Source: Andalucia godoyi And28 (taxonomy: Eukaryota; Protista; Jakobida). From it: 64,000 nucleotides of DNA. The stretch covers positions 44,407-108,406 of the forward strand of contig VRVR01000004.1 in the NCBI GenBank assembly GCA_009859145.1, read 5' to 3'. A program made the position numbers and the translations under genes. The notes beneath the pieces are model-generated. The model was given only the letters and a program-made list of their open reading frames with translations. It searched no databases and was not told where the DNA came from. Positions 30,447-44,026 of the stretch are shown one piece after another (the first letter of the stretch is position 1; the number at the start of each line of letters is the position of its first letter).

Positions 30447-32485
30447 TTATGAATACTGGTCACGAAGGGCATCCATGAAGCTGGAGAAAGCAGAGGTAAC
30501 ACGAGATGCCGTTTCTTTGACGGCATCTGCAATCTTGTCCATGTCTGGTGAGGTGTTCGCGATGCGCCATGCAAGATCCGAGACACTTTCGTCCTCACTT
30601 TCGGGTCCGTCGTCGCGATTTTGGTGCTCGGGGAACAGATCCGCCGAGGATATTGCACGGACATTCGACATGTTTGACAGTTTCGACCGAGCATCTCCTT
30701 CGTTCATCCCAACACTTGAATTTCTACTCGCAGACGACGAAGCCGACGAGGATGACGAGAATGATGAATTGGTGTTGCGGCTGAACGAATCGGAGGACAC
30801 AGACCTTACCGATCGGTCATACGATGATGATGCCTGCGCAGGAGCCGCTTTTTGTAGCGGCATTGGTTTTCTTGAGGCCGGAGCAGCACCAGCAGACTTG
30901 GACGGGAGGGTCCAATTGTCGAAAAAGTCATCGTCGCCTCCTGCAGTCACCGAGATCTGAGAGTTCTTCTGATTCGATGAACCTCCGCTCTTGCCGCTGC
31001 AGTGCCGGTCATTGTAGTCAATCTCTTCTTCCTCTTCATCATCCCACGATGACACGCTGACAGGAACAGCGGCAGCAGGAACCTTTGCAATGTGTGCATT
31101 TCCGCTGGACTGCGATTGGGCAGCGCTCTTGCGATCGACCGGATGCGCGGAAACCTGGCTCTGCGTCTGCGTCTGCGTCTGCTGCTGCTGCTGCTGCTGC
31201 TGTGGTTGAGATGGAGAAGCCGCAGCAGAAAATCCGCGATTGGCCGAGTCGTTCCATTCGTTCCAGTCATCCTCGACTGGTTTTTTGGTTTCTGGCAGCA
31301 GAATCGGAGCATTCAATTCTCCGACGGGAATGATTCTGCTCGAATCCACCTTTTTTGCACCAAACCCCTTCTTCTTCAATCCAGCTCCGGCACTGGAATT
31401 CGGCGCCGAGTTCGCAGATGTAGACACCCCCTCCACTGGAGACGTGACATACACGGTCTCGATCGCGACGTCCTGAGACGGCAAAACCGAACTTGCAACA
31501 GGTTTTGCGGCAATCGGTGCACGTCGGTTCCCAGCATTCTCATTTCCCGTATTGGCATTCGAATGGCCGCTGTTGCTGTTGCTGCCACCGTTGGTGTTAA
31601 TGATATTATCAGAGCCGCTCGCAATCCTGTGAGCACTCACCGACTTTGATGCAACCACGCCCCACACGTCGTCTTCCTTTTCCACGGAAACGGGAACATT
31701 CTTCAAGGACGACGACGATGCAGGCATACTCATCATTGCGTCATCCGTCAGCTGTTTCAAATGGGACTTGTACGACTTTGCCGCGCCAGAAGAGTACTTC
31801 TTGTCTTGCTTCTCAAGAGGATCGATTCCATGCTTCTTGAAGAAATCTCTAGCAGGGCCGTTTCCGCCAATTTCCATCTGCTTGAGCTGCGCAGGAGTCC
31901 ATGTATCCAACACGCAAGACCTAAATCATTGTCGTTCAACAAAAACACACACACACACACACACACACACAGGAAAACATAAAAGAATCGGTTGTTAGAG
32001 ACCACGAAGAAACAATGACACATATTTTCTAAAAAATCAATCTTCCCTCCCTCTCCACATCGACATCCAATCGAATTGGGAAACAACCCGTTTCAAAAGT
32101 TCGCATTGAAAGAAAGAAAGAAGAAAAAACTCGCAATAGCATACCGAACAAACGAAACATGCACACCAAGAGAGCGATGAAGACCTGCACAGTCCATGCA
32201 GATAAATGCCCCATAAGTCAATGTAGCCCACGCAGGATTCTTGGAAGGGCAGTCAAAACAAGTCTGATAATAATAATAATAATGATAAAAATGCACACAA
32301 AACATACACCGTGCGCGTGCGTGTATGCATGTACAAAAATGAGTGATGAAAAAACGTTGGATCGAGTTTGGAAAATGTGGTGTTGTCACCACCGTACGGG
32401 ACAAAGAAGAAGCACATACCTTGTTATCAGACCGGATTCTGAGCTTGTTTAGAAAAACAACGTGTTCAGGAAGATCGTGCGACAT
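30447..32485 (-). CDS. ArfGAP (Glo3/ArfGAP2-3 type); 3 exons
   Basis: Exons 32485-32420, 32263-32145 and 31920-30447 splice in frame to [49 protein letters not shown]; C-terminal RAISSADLF motif. Confidence 0.9.
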
Positions 32486-32588
32486 GGCTCTTAACTGGCA
32501 ATCGGAGCCCCACGAACTAACCGAGAGAGAAGAGCAATTCAGGAAATTACAACGGAATCAAGACAACGAAGAAAGCGTGAGTTTCTGT

Positions 32589-32625
<37 letters not shown>

Positions 32626-33062
32626 CTTTTTTGTGTCTCTATTTGCGACTATGTATTCCTCCAGCAGCAAATACCCAGACTCGAGAGCAGAACCAAATCC
32701 AAAAATAATTGGTGTCGAAGAATGAATGAACGAATGAATCCAAGGGAAAAAAATCGGTCCCCAAAAGGCGGATGGGAATCTCGCATTTGATTTGTCGAAA
32801 CATGTCGACTCTGAATGCGTACGTTCGACTTGCGACTGGCACTTGCGTGGGGGTGGTTTGACGCGTGGTGATGCTGCAACCAGCGTTCCCCACCATAAGC
32901 GCACAACATGCTTCGTGTGCTATTATTCATTAATTGATTTATTATTATTATTATTATTATTTTTGTTGTGCTCCCTTGTTCTTTTGTTTCTTGATAGTAG
33001 TTTTTTGTTCTTGTAACAGAAGGACAATCAAAACAGAACCAAAAAGAAGGAAAAATATCATA

Positions 33063-34009
<947 letters not shown>

Positions 34010-34505
34010 TGCACAGGAACGGTGTCCATGCGGATCTTCATTCGCGCTTGGAGATCTTTGGAATAAACTTTCGTTTTCCTTAATTGATTAAATTTGATTG
34101 CTATGTGGAGTTTATGCACTGATTTTCGCATGAAGGAACTCCGAAGTGGGTGGCCGGTTTCAGTGCTAACAGTTCCATCACTCCTCGCATTTCCCCAGCC
34201 AACCGCACTTTGCATCCTGCTACGCCTTCGTTGTCGAGAAGTTGTTACCAGCCAACAGCACCTTTTTTTTCTCCAGCAAGACGTCTTTCCAACAGGATGA
34301 TGATAGTACAGCGTCTCCCTGCAGCCCGCGACCAGAAATCTCGGACTTACACACACCTACACACGCAGACGCACACACAGCAGCCATGTCGGTCCCACTT
34401 CATCCGTGGTTCCTAGGATCGTGTTGCTCCTATGCGTAGCCGCACATCTTTGCAGCGCGCGCCTTGCCGGTTTTTTTCTTCTTTTCTTGGAGGGCATTCA
34501 TGAAC

Positions 34506-34876
34506 CGTTGTCACTTATTGCGATATGATGAAGCAATCTAAAGCGCACGTAAAACAGAACCACTGCCACGCGCCATGCGCATGCGTCTGGTATCTTGGCA
34601 ACTCCGTCACACGATGCCCGATTCGTTTCGCCCCCATTTTGATCATGGAATCTCTATAAACACGCTGCCGCGCTGCATTCTCGCACAGCGACGCTCATTT
34701 CATTTCTTTACTTTTATTGTCCATGCAACGCAACATCTATCTTGGGAACGTCTCTCATGCCGAGGGGCGTGTTGGGGCCTACCCCCTTCCCAATCATGCT
34801 ATGCATGTTGTTGGGCTGCAACATTGATTATGGGTGATCAACGATGACTATCCGTGGTGAGTGTACAATGTAGGCG
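34506..34876 (+). mobile_element. Non-autonomous IS607/Fanzor2-derived element, copy 6 (type B)
   Basis: Left junction CCG|TTGTCACTTATTGCGATATG; left end shared with copy 5. Internal GISINTLPRC (MerR-like HTH look-alike) and RNIYLGN. Right end GGGGCGTGTTGGGGCCTACCCC...GTGTACAATGTAGGCG. Confidence 0.85.
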
Positions 34877-35184
34877 TCATAGCATCAAGCCAAGAACGAA
34901 TCGAACTCGACACCTTTTTCAATTTCCATCACATTTTCAATAATCGAATTTATCTATTTATCTTCTTCTTCTTTTTCTTTTGATATCCCGTACTTATGTA
35001 GGTAAGCATACGCAACACATACCCAAACATATTATTTATTTATTGTTCCGTTCAGTCTTTTGTATATTTTGTGCTACACAGAATAGGAAAAGCCGATCGT
35101 TGATCGAGCTTCTAACATCCTCGTCGCTTCTAGAAAAGAATCTATTACTACTTTGTGCTTCGTATTTTCCGTTGTGCTCGGAGA

Positions 35185-38100
35185 ATGCAGAATCGTCGGA
35201 AGCAGTGGACGAAAGTTCCACCGGACTCATCGTCTGATTTTTTGCCACGGCCTGCATCCACAGCTTCCGTCTCTGGGACGGTGATGAATGCACCTTCTGC
35301 ACCACCGCCTTCTTCTTCTTCGTCGTCGTCGTCGTCGTCGTCATTTTCACAGCAGTTTGCACAACCAGTTGTCCTCAGCGATGCCAGCGCCAGTGGCAAC
35401 AGCAGCAGCAATAGCAGTAGTACCAGCAGTGGAACTCAGAGCACGGGCGTGCCTATTCCTGGAGGATCGCCGCAACCAAGTGCTGCAACAAAAAAGAATG
35501 CCGAGTACATCGCCTTGCTTCAGGAGCGCAATCGCATCATGAAGAGGATGCAGGAAAGAGCTGAGAAGAAGGATGTGAATCAAAAGGAAAAAGGATTCAA
35601 TCTTTACTGGCATGGTGCAAACAAGGACGATGTTGCAAACGCAAAGAAAGTAAGGTCGGTGTCGACTGGACGCGGCGGCACAGTGATGGTTATTCGAAAG
35701 GAAAAGAGCTGGAAGAAAGATGGCGTTGTGGCAATCCGAACGGACGACGGGTTTCTCGAAAGGATTTCAAATCGCCATCACGCAGACGGCGATTCTAGTG
35801 CCAACTCCTCTGTGATAGTGCCGGACGGAGAAGCAGGAGCAGGTGAAGACGGCATCAGGGCAGCCGATGGTCTGCAAAACACGGTAGTATCACCGTCGAA
35901 TGAATATGAGGAAGATTTCGAGCAGATCGAGCAGGTCAAGTCCGATAATGAGGGCGATGAAGATCCCAGAAATAAGGACAAGAGTGCGAGAAGACCGAGT
36001 TTGCGGGAATCGCTGAGTGACGATGAATGGTCTGTTGCAAGAACAGAACGGACATTTACGATGATGGTCCCCGGTTCGCCCGCAAGATCTAGGGTTCTTC
36101 GGCGACCAGCGTCGTCGTTTGCAAGAAGTCCTGCACACAAGACGGATTCTTCGCAGCCCAGCAGTACAGGGCTGCAAAAGGATTTTCAACTCGTGCATCA
36201 GCAAGACAGAGAAGAATTTCAACCGCCGAAAACCGCCGAAAAGCAATCTCGACCATGGAGTTCTTTGTTGCGATCCGAAAGGAAACGAAGAGTCCCTGCG
36301 TTCTTGCTGGATCGCGGCGATCATTCGACACCGGAAAGGACGAAGATGCGTGAAGAAAAAGAGGATAAAACGGAAGAGAAGGTGAATATGTGGGAGAAGG
36401 ACCTGTCGCCGCGCAACATGGACGATCGTGTGATAGTTTCGGAAGATGCAAATATCTGTCCGCCAGTGCTGCCGACATCTCCGGTCATTGCTGCGACGGC
36501 TCTGAAAGTAGAGCGACATATTCACGAGGAACCGTCCGCAGTAGCTTCCAGTGCCGCAGAATCTTGTCCGTTGGTAGGGGATCAATCTTCACAACCACGT
36601 GATCCAGCGGAGAGCTCCACCACCACGAAATTGTTGCCCTCCCCGATGACACCCGCAATCACTGACACTGCCGCACCGGCTGCGATTCCTGCAGAGGCTG
36701 CGAAGTCCGCTCTAGGAACAAATCTGAAAACTCTTCATTTCTCCGAGGAGCCGAAGTCCTCCGCTCCACTGACGAGTCGTCTTCCCGACAACGACCTTCG
36801 AAAATCCGTCAATTTCATCAATGCCCTAGGATCCAAGTTCAAGAATCTGAATTTGGAGCAGCGAGCCCAACTATTGGCGTATATGGAGCAGTTGTCAAGC
36901 GGTGGTGCGGCTTCGGCTGAGCACGTTGCCGAGGAGAACCGTGGAACGCATCCCACGCAATCTGGGTCCTCTCGATCTTCACAGAACGCAGATGAAGAAC
37001 AGGTATCAGGCATCAAAAGATCGACAGCGCCGAAGGCCTCTGTAGAGACTACCAAAAGTTCTTCTGCTGGAACAGAGAGGGCGGAGACAAAAGCCGAGTT
37101 GTGGTTTGCTCCACCGAAGCTTGCAGACGCTGATTCTACCGATAGCGTTCCTACAATGCAAACAGTGACATCGTCTAACATGCTAGGCAAGGGACACAAG
37201 CATCCCTTCGTTGCTCACGAGGAAGGCCGACTATTCAACCCGGCAAAGGCCCAACCGGTGTTGGATCGCAAACGCTCAGCGTCCACTTTGCTCCCTGGAG
37301 GGGGTTCAGGATCTTCGTTGTCGTCCCGTTCGTCGTCTGTTTCCAGGCTTTCGAATCATCCCGATCACTCTGCAAGTGTTGTTTCTTCTGCTCCATCGAT
37401 CAAGGAGACGGTTTCTGATGCTGTTCCACCTCCCCTTCCCCTTCCCCTGTCTCTTCCCGTTCACGACACTTCGACGTCGCTGATAGCGGAAGACGACGAC
37501 ATCCTTTCCCAATTTGTGAGACGATCCAGACAGTATTTTTCGTATTACTCAAGCACTGATGCTCTTCCAGGTCCTCCCGTAACGTCTTCTGTCAGTGCTG
37601 ACTCTGATCAATCCAGCGTGGTTCTCCATGACTCAGTTTCAGAATCTGCTCGGTCAAGCATAGCGGCAACTGCAAGCATGACGTGCAAGTTTACGTCGAT
37701 TCCCCTGAAGCCAAGCGGTTCCGTTTTGCGTTTCGAAATCCTGTCCACGTACGGCGACCCTCTGTACTGTAGTTTGAACGGCATTGATGCGTTTGATGCG
37801 GACGGTTTGTTTTTGGACTTGGGGAAGCTGGGGTCTCCTTCGATGATCACAGATGCGGCTGCTTTTGACGGAATGGTGTTCAGCTCGGATGTTCGACACC
37901 TGTTAATTTTGAACTGGAAGGAGCGCGCCACGATCGAATATCGGTTCAAGCGCCGGACATCCATCGGTGCTATTCGAATTTGGAATGCGGACTGGTTCAA
38001 ATCCGGTTCTCCAAAGGGAGTGGAGAACCTACGAATAGCTTTGGACGATGCGGTTATTTTTGAAGGGGAAGTGTGCCAATGCGGTGGCCCAGAAACGATT

Positions 38101-39762
38101 TTGTTCGTCAATGACGATGTTGCGCTGCAGTGTATGGTGAAGAACGATCCGGTGGAGCAGCGGGAGATCATGGAGGAAAAGCTGGAGGCAGAGGCCGAGG
38201 TGTTGCGAATGAATGTATTTCAGCCAGCTGCAGACCGTCCGAAAACTGCATCATCTCCTTCCGTCGATACCCCTATTCTGCAACTGCAGTCGCTTCCGGA
38301 GGATTCTGCTTCGGCAGCGCTGTCGTCGTTATCCCCTACATCGTCGGCCGTCCTCGGTTCCAAGTTTGCAAGCGTTCTCTCTCCAGTTCGTCCCTCCACG
38401 TGCATTCGTCTGCAGGAGTTTCGCATGAAAATCCTGTCCTCGTGGGGGGATCCGTCCTACGTCGGTCTCACTCGACTAGTTTTTGTTGATCCAGACGGCA
38501 GCACTATCCCTGTTGCAGAATCCAGTTGCACCAGTGTTCCTGAGGATATTAATGTGTTGTATGGGGGCGAGCAGATCGATCCCCGCGTAATGAGCAACAT
38601 TTGTTTTCGGGCAACTTCGCCACAGACGTGCGACGAACACAACATGTGGCTTTGTCCTTTGCATTATGAAGGTGATACACCGGAGATCACGGTTCGTTTT
38701 CCATCGGCGGTTCTCTTGTCGGAAATCCGCATTTACAATTACAACAAGAATGCGGATGATGCTAGCCGTGGGGTGTGCGGTGCTAGAGTTTTGCTCTCGG
38801 TTCCGGCGGCAGACGTGGCTTCCAGTCTTTCCACCCTTCGATCATCCCCGTCGTTCTTTCAGGTTTGCGAAATGGATTGCAAGGCACTCGGAGCCCCGTC
38901 CGGCTGCTCGGGTATTTCCGCGCACATTGTCGTCCGCAAAGCACCGGGTCTTGCAGAATTTGACTATTCGCATGTGCTTATTACGAGTCGTGAGCACTGT
39001 CTTTTGCCCTATGCAAAGTCTCTGCAATCGTCGTACAATGCAAAGTGTAAGCCAGGGGTCGTGTACGAAGTTCGCGGCCCTTGTCCATTTTACCCGATCT
39101 CTTTTCCTTCGGGCTATTCTGTGTCTCTCCTTGTGCAAGGCAACTGGGGAGATGTGTTTTATACCGGCCTGCAGAAACTCTTTCTGTACGATGCACAGGA
39201 CAACTTGATTCCTGTAGACCCCGCCTGTGTGCGCATGTACATGAATGGTGTGTCTGGCAAAACGGACACCGATCCACGTACGCCAGACAAGCTGTTTACT
39301 CCCATCTGCGAACGGGACCGTCACGACCACTCCTTTTTGGTTCCATGGAATTCCCGAACTGGCCAACAAATTCCGCTTGTTCTTGTTTTCATGTTTCCCG
39401 TACCCATTCAGATTGGCCGAGTGGTGTTTGTTAACTACGCAAAGACCCCGTCCCGCGGAATGAAGGATGTCGAGATGTACGTGGACGGCAGGCTTGTTTG
39501 GAAGGGAGTGATCCCGAAGGATTCAGGCTCGGGGCCGTTAGTCGAGCGCTCCGTTTGCCTCAGCTCGGACCATGCTGTTCTCAGAAGGGAGAGAGCGCGG
39601 GAAAAGGTTCTTCGTGAAAAGGAGGGCGATTGCTGGGACGAAGAACAGCGGATTTGGCTTTGGGACTCTGGTAAGATGCTTCTGGAGGGCCCGGCCCATC
39701 ATCACTTTTCCACGCCGCTCGGAGCCGAACGACCATTTACAAGCGCCCAATCCCTCGGCTGA
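35185..39762 (+). CDS. KATNIP: Katanin-interacting protein (KIAA0556, DUF4457 repeats)
   Basis: EYIALLQERNRIM...EKGFNLYWHGAN N-terminal motif; three repeated ILSTYGD/ILSSWGD/VQGNWGD-x-x-Y-x-GL domains, each with RIWN/RIYNYNK/FVNYAK; start codon uncertain (35185 or 35284). Confidence 0.85.
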   Translation: MQNRRKQWTKVPPDSSSDFLPRPASTASVSGTVMNAPSAPPPSSSSSSSSSSSFSQQFAQPVVLSDASASGNSSSNSSSTSSGTQSTGVPIPGGSPQPSAATKKNAEYIALLQERNRIMKRMQERAEKKDVNQKEKGFNLYWHGANKDDVANAKKVRSVSTGRGGTVMVIRKEKSWKKDGVVAIRTDDGFLERISNRHHADGDSSANSSVIVPDGEAGAGEDGIRAADGLQNTVVSPSNEYEEDFEQIEQVKSDNEGDEDPRNKDKSARRPSLRESLSDDEWSVARTERTFTMMVPGSPARSRVLRRPASSFARSPAHKTDSSQPSSTGLQKDFQLVHQQDREEFQPPKTAEKQSRPWSSLLRSERKRRVPAFLLDRGDHSTPERTKMREEKEDKTEEKVNMWEKDLSPRNMDDRVIVSEDANICPPVLPTSPVIAATALKVERHIHEEPSAVASSAAESCPLVGDQSSQPRDPAESSTTTKLLPSPMTPAITDTAAPAAIPAEAAKSALGTNLKTLHFSEEPKSSAPLTSRLPDNDLRKSVNFINALGSKFKNLNLEQRAQLLAYMEQLSSGGAASAEHVAEENRGTHPTQSGSSRSSQNADEEQVSGIKRSTAPKASVETTKSSSAGTERAETKAELWFAPPKLADADSTDSVPTMQTVTSSNMLGKGHKHPFVAHEEGRLFNPAKAQPVLDRKRSASTLLPGGGSGSSLSSRSSSVSRLSNHPDHSASVVSSAPSIKETVSDAVPPPLPLPLSLPVHDTSTSLIAEDDDILSQFVRRSRQYFSYYSSTDALPGPPVTSSVSADSDQSSVVLHDSVSESARSSIAATASMTCKFTSIPLKPSGSVLRFEILSTYGDPLYCSLNGIDAFDADGLFLDLGKLGSPSMITDAAAFDGMVFSSDVRHLLILNWKERATIEYRFKRRTSIGAIRIWNADWFKSGSPKGVENLRIALDDAVIFEGEVCQCGGPETILFVNDDVALQCMVKNDPVEQREIMEEKLEAEAEVLRMNVFQPAADRPKTASSPSVDTPILQLQSLPEDSASAALSSLSPTSSAVLGSKFASVLSPVRPSTCIRLQEFRMKILSSWGDPSYVGLTRLVFVDPDGSTIPVAESSCTSVPEDINVLYGGEQIDPRVMSNICFRATSPQTCDEHNMWLCPLHYEGDTPEITVRFPSAVLLSEIRIYNYNKNADDASRGVCGARVLLSVPAADVASSLSTLRSSPSFFQVCEMDCKALGAPSGCSGISAHIVVRKAPGLAEFDYSHVLITSREHCLLPYAKSLQSSYNAKCKPGVVYEVRGPCPFYPISFPSGYSVSLLVQGNWGDVFYTGLQKLFLYDAQDNLIPVDPACVRMYMNGVSGKTDTDPRTPDKLFTPICERDRHDHSFLVPWNSRTGQQIPLVLVFMFPVPIQIGRVVFVNYAKTPSRGMKDVEMYVDGRLVWKGVIPKDSGSGPLVERSVCLSSDHAVLRRERAREKVLREKEGDCWDEEQRIWLWDSGKMLLEGPAHHHFSTPLGAERPFTSAQSLG

Positions 39763-40325
39763 CCGTTTGGCGATTCATCGGGTTTTAGGCTCCATGTTCT
39801 TCAATTTTTCCAATGTAAGTAGAATCGTTTTGTTTATTAATGTACACTGTTCATCCGCTCGCCAAAACATGAATCATTATTGATCATCGGGCTAAGCTGT
39901 CACCGGAGACAGATCCAAGCCACGTGTCGGTTCTCGGCATCTTCGGGCATGGCCGGTTTGAGTTTATTGGGGAGATCTCTCTTTGGAGCCATGAGATGTT
40001 TTGTCTTTGTCTTTGGTGAATGGTGCTGCTTGAGGGCTCGATTACGTAAAACAACAAACAGAAAAAATAACAGAAAGAAGGAAACGTGAAGAATGAATTC
40101 TAGGCTTGACGACGGTAAGAAAGTCGTTATCTGCCTCATTTTCCCAACGAAAGCGTCAACCCGCTGTAGTGTGTCCATTTTTCCCTTAAGCCAAAACCTC
40201 TCGAGTGTGGTTTCCTTTATATGCTTCGCTTCTTTGCTGCTGCGTTTTGTGTATTTTCCATTGTTTGTCGGGTTTCCGTTTTCCATAGAGGACAGTTTGT
40301 GTTTGTGTTTTGACGGAAAACTGAG

Positions 40326-40601
40326 ATGACGACGTACCGAAGTGAAGAGAGCATCCGAGCGATGTTCGCAGCGGTTCCTGAGTGCCGTCGAGGCTCGTGC
40401 GACGACCCGGCCGCACAGACCGAAGCCACAGAAGGCCGAATGAAGGCTGCATTTGTTGAGATGGAGCGCAGAAAGGCAATGAAGGAGGCTATTGCTGCGT
40501 GCTATGAAACACACGGCGTAAACCACCGCGAGAAGTGCGCGGATCTCGTCAGGATGTACGTTGACAGAATCTGGAAACCTGCAACAACCAACAATGCTTA
40601 G
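40326..40601 (+). CDS. NDUFB10: NADH:ubiquinone oxidoreductase subunit NDUFB10/PDSW-like
   Basis: ACYETHGVNHREKCADLVRMY matches the CY..EGVNH.E.C..L...Y motif. Confidence 0.7.
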   Translation: MTTYRSEESIRAMFAAVPECRRGSCDDPAAQTEATEGRMKAAFVEMERRKAMKEAIAACYETHGVNHREKCADLVRMYVDRIWKPATTNNA

Positions 40602-40719
40602 AGTAGTAATCTGTTTTCCTCCCTTTCCTCAATCGAATATTTCCCCCATGTCCTTTGCCGTCGATATGCGTGTGGGTGCGTGTGGGTGCGTGTGTTTGAT
40701 TTTGTCAATTTTCACTCAA

Positions 40720-40851
<132 letters not shown>

Positions 40852-41307
40852 TGCGCTTCTCCTTCATTCTCGTTTGTGCACTCATGGCACTGTGGGCTTT
40901 GTTTTTAAAAATTCTTTTCATTAATTAAAACTTCTTCACCGTCAACAGTCTCGAGTGGGAACACGTAGCCCATTGATCGGTATCTACTGGTGTGACAACA
41001 ATTATAAAAAAAGGAAAGATAAAAAGAAAAAGAAGGACGTTTGTCGAATCAATCAATTCGTTTGCCATCTATTATTCTTTTCTCTCTCTCGCTGTTTCTC
41101 TTCTCCTTTTTCTCCAATGTCTTCCTTGTTGCAGTTATTCAAATCCCTTCTATTCTCTTCATGTCATTCAGTGTCCTTCTTCAGAATCTCTCTCTCTTTT
41201 CATAACAGACATGGAGTGCGGCACAACTAGACTCGGCCGTTCCACAGTCCTCATTTCGACGAACGGCATGTTGTGCAATGTACACCCCAAGCTTGGAGGT
41301 CTTCGTC

Positions 41308-43768
41308 CTAGAATGCAGAGTCTGCATCTTCTGGCTCATCATTTCCATTTTCAGCATCTCCGGATCCCTGCACGTGGTTCTCTTGCGAAACATCGGAACC
41401 AGCAATCTTGTCTTTCTTGAGCTGCACCTTCAGGCGCTTGTTCGCAACTGAAAACCCAGACATCGCTGCAATGGCTGCCTGAGCGGCCGGCGCCGCGTCG
41501 TACGACACAAAGCCAAATCCTTTTGAAAGTCCAGATTGCTTGTCCACAAAGACTTTTGCAGAAAGCACGTGGCCGTAAGGTGCAAAAAGGGCGCCAATTT
41601 CTGTATCTGTAAATGCGGGAGGAATGTGATAGATGAACAAGTTCGCCCCCGGTGGTCCTTCAATCTGTGGGGTACTTGTTTGGCCTTGTCCTTGTCCTCC
41701 TTGTCCTCCTTGGCCTTGTCCTTGGCCTTGTCCTTGGCTTTGTCCTTGGCCTTGTCCTTGACCTTGTCCCTGGTTGTGCCCATGCCCATGCCCATGCCCG
41801 CGTCCGCCGTGACTGCGTCCGCCGTGCACATGTCCAGAGTGGCCATGTCCGGCAGGAGCGCCAGTTGATCCAGAAGAAACGGAACCGACCGAGCTGGAAC
41901 TGTGGTGATGCGGATGTCCATGATGTCCGTGCGGGCGTCCCATTCCGTGGGCATGCGGATGCAATGGTGGCGGCATTGCCATTCCGCCCATCGATGGATA
42001 CATGTAAACAGGAGGCATTCCCACACCAGCACCCATACCATCAATATTCCCACCTGGAATAGATCCATTTGCTGTTCCCCCTGCGCTGCCCATTGTCCCC
42101 ATCCCCGCAACAGGACCGTTTGACGCATCTCCAGAAAGCACATTTGGTACAAAATGCGGTTGCATCGGTACCATCATTGGATGGTGCGGATGTTGCATGG
42201 GATGTTGCATGCCGTGGTGGTGGAGAGGCCGGTGCATGAACGGCGGAGTCATTGAATGTACTGCTCCATCCATAGCGACGCCTTCTGCAGTGTTTGCGGA
42301 TGCACCTGGTACCGCGGGTCCGGATGCCAAAGACGCTCCACCACCTCCAGATGTTGCAGCAGAAGTAGTCGTAACAGCAGCAGCAGCAGCAGCAGTAGAA
42401 GTGGAAGAAGAAGAAGAAGACAACGACGATGCAGGGGACGAAGAAGAAGGATTGCCAGGGTAGTTAGCAGGAATCTGTGAACCTCCAGCATACGAAACCA
42501 TGTGATGCATATTCATTCCCATCTGCATGTGTGTCGGTACCATCGTATGGTGTAAATGGTGCATGGTGGGATGTGGATGATGCATCAGAGGATGCCCGTG
42601 CATTCCTGGAGCCATGCCATTTGGATTGCCGATGTTTGTCATCCCGCTCGCCCCCGCTGGGGCACCAGGGCCCAAAGGCGGTGCGCCGTTTGCACTGGCA
42701 TTGTTAAACGGATGGTGCGGAAGCGGGTGCGGAAGCGGAAGCGGGAGCGGATGCGATCCAAGTCCGACCATTTGGGGACCCATGCCGTGGGAGAGTGCCA
42801 TTAGATGATGAGGATGGTGGACTCCCAGATGATGAGGATGGTGCATTCCGCCATGATGGGGATGGCGATGACCACCACCATGTGGATGATGGATCCCAGG
42901 GTGATGGTGACCGTGGTGAACAAAGGGGTGTCGGGCATGCGGACTTTGTATCCAGCGAACCACAAGAGTCTCGCCGCTTTCTACTTGAAGTCCATCTAGC
43001 GCGTTTGCGATATGCCGGGCATCAACTCTGGATGTGCAGCGGACATATGCAGCACCCTTTGAACGTCCATCTGCAAGCCGAATCACGGCAACTTCTCGCA
43101 GCACGGATACTCCCGCAGCGGACGCAACCATGGCCGAAACATCCGATTCGGACCACAACACCGGAATGCGCTCTATGACAAGCTTCGGCTCGAGACGCTC
43201 AAGTTCGCCATCTGCATACTTCACTTGAACAGGATGTGACGCACCAGGAAGTACACGAGAATTGTTCAGACGAGCAACAATCATGTCACCATCCGCTCGA
43301 TGAACAAAGGTAACGAATGCACATCCACGAGAAACAGCAGTGCGACGGTCGCGCAGAACAGCCACTTCTGCTACTCGATTTGTCGGAGAAGAAGGTGCCG
43401 AACCAGATCCAGCCACAGACCCAGACGATCCACCTGCAGGAGACGACACATTTGTTGAAGTAGAACTGGGGTTTGAAACAGATCCATTTGCATCACCATC
43501 ACTACAACGACGAAGAACACGAGAGAAAAACCAAACAAGGATCACAATGAGAAAAACAAATCCAACCAAACAACACAGGCACGCAGCAGCACAATAAGAA
43601 ACAACAGCAAAAGACGCAAAACAAAACATACTTCATATTGAGAGACTCCACGACCATTTCGTATACAAATGACTCGTCTGCATCCCGAGGAAGCTGGCCA
43701 AGGAAAAGTTTGACAGAATCCGAGTCCTCAGACATGACCATTGATTCCGCAGCGTCGACGCTCATCAT
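41308..43768 (-). CDS. CELF/Bruno-family RNA-binding protein (3 RRMs, His/Pro/Gly-rich linker); 2 exons
   Basis: Exon 1 is 43768-43632 ([10 protein letters not shown]) and exon 2 is 43501-41308 (SRGCAFVTF; VQVKYADGE; [14 protein letters not shown]...[10 protein letters not shown]...KRLKVQLKK). Confidence 0.88.
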
Positions 43769-43936
43769 TTCTTTCTTTTCTTTCCTTGTGTTTCGGTCTT
43801 TATATCTTTCTGTTTCAGCTGGATGCACAGGACAAACAAGACAATTCCAAAAACAAAAAATTCCAAACGAATCAACAGAAACAGAAATAGAAACAAGAAG
43901 ACTGCCGTACACTCCCCAAAAACAATACACCAACAA

Positions 43937-43941
<5 letters not shown>

Positions 43942-44020
<79 letters not shown>
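43942..44020. repeat. (GA)n microsatellite followed by an A/G-rich tract
   Basis: Read directly; upstream of the CELF ATG. Confidence 0.95.

Positions 44021-44026
<6 letters not shown>

Noticed and set aside
39900-40286. 128-aa minus-strand ORF (MENGNPTNN...) head-to-head with NDUFB10
   Set aside because: No family motif, only 40 bp separate the two ATGs, and the hydrophobic stretch comes from a low-complexity tract. It cannot be supported without expression data.
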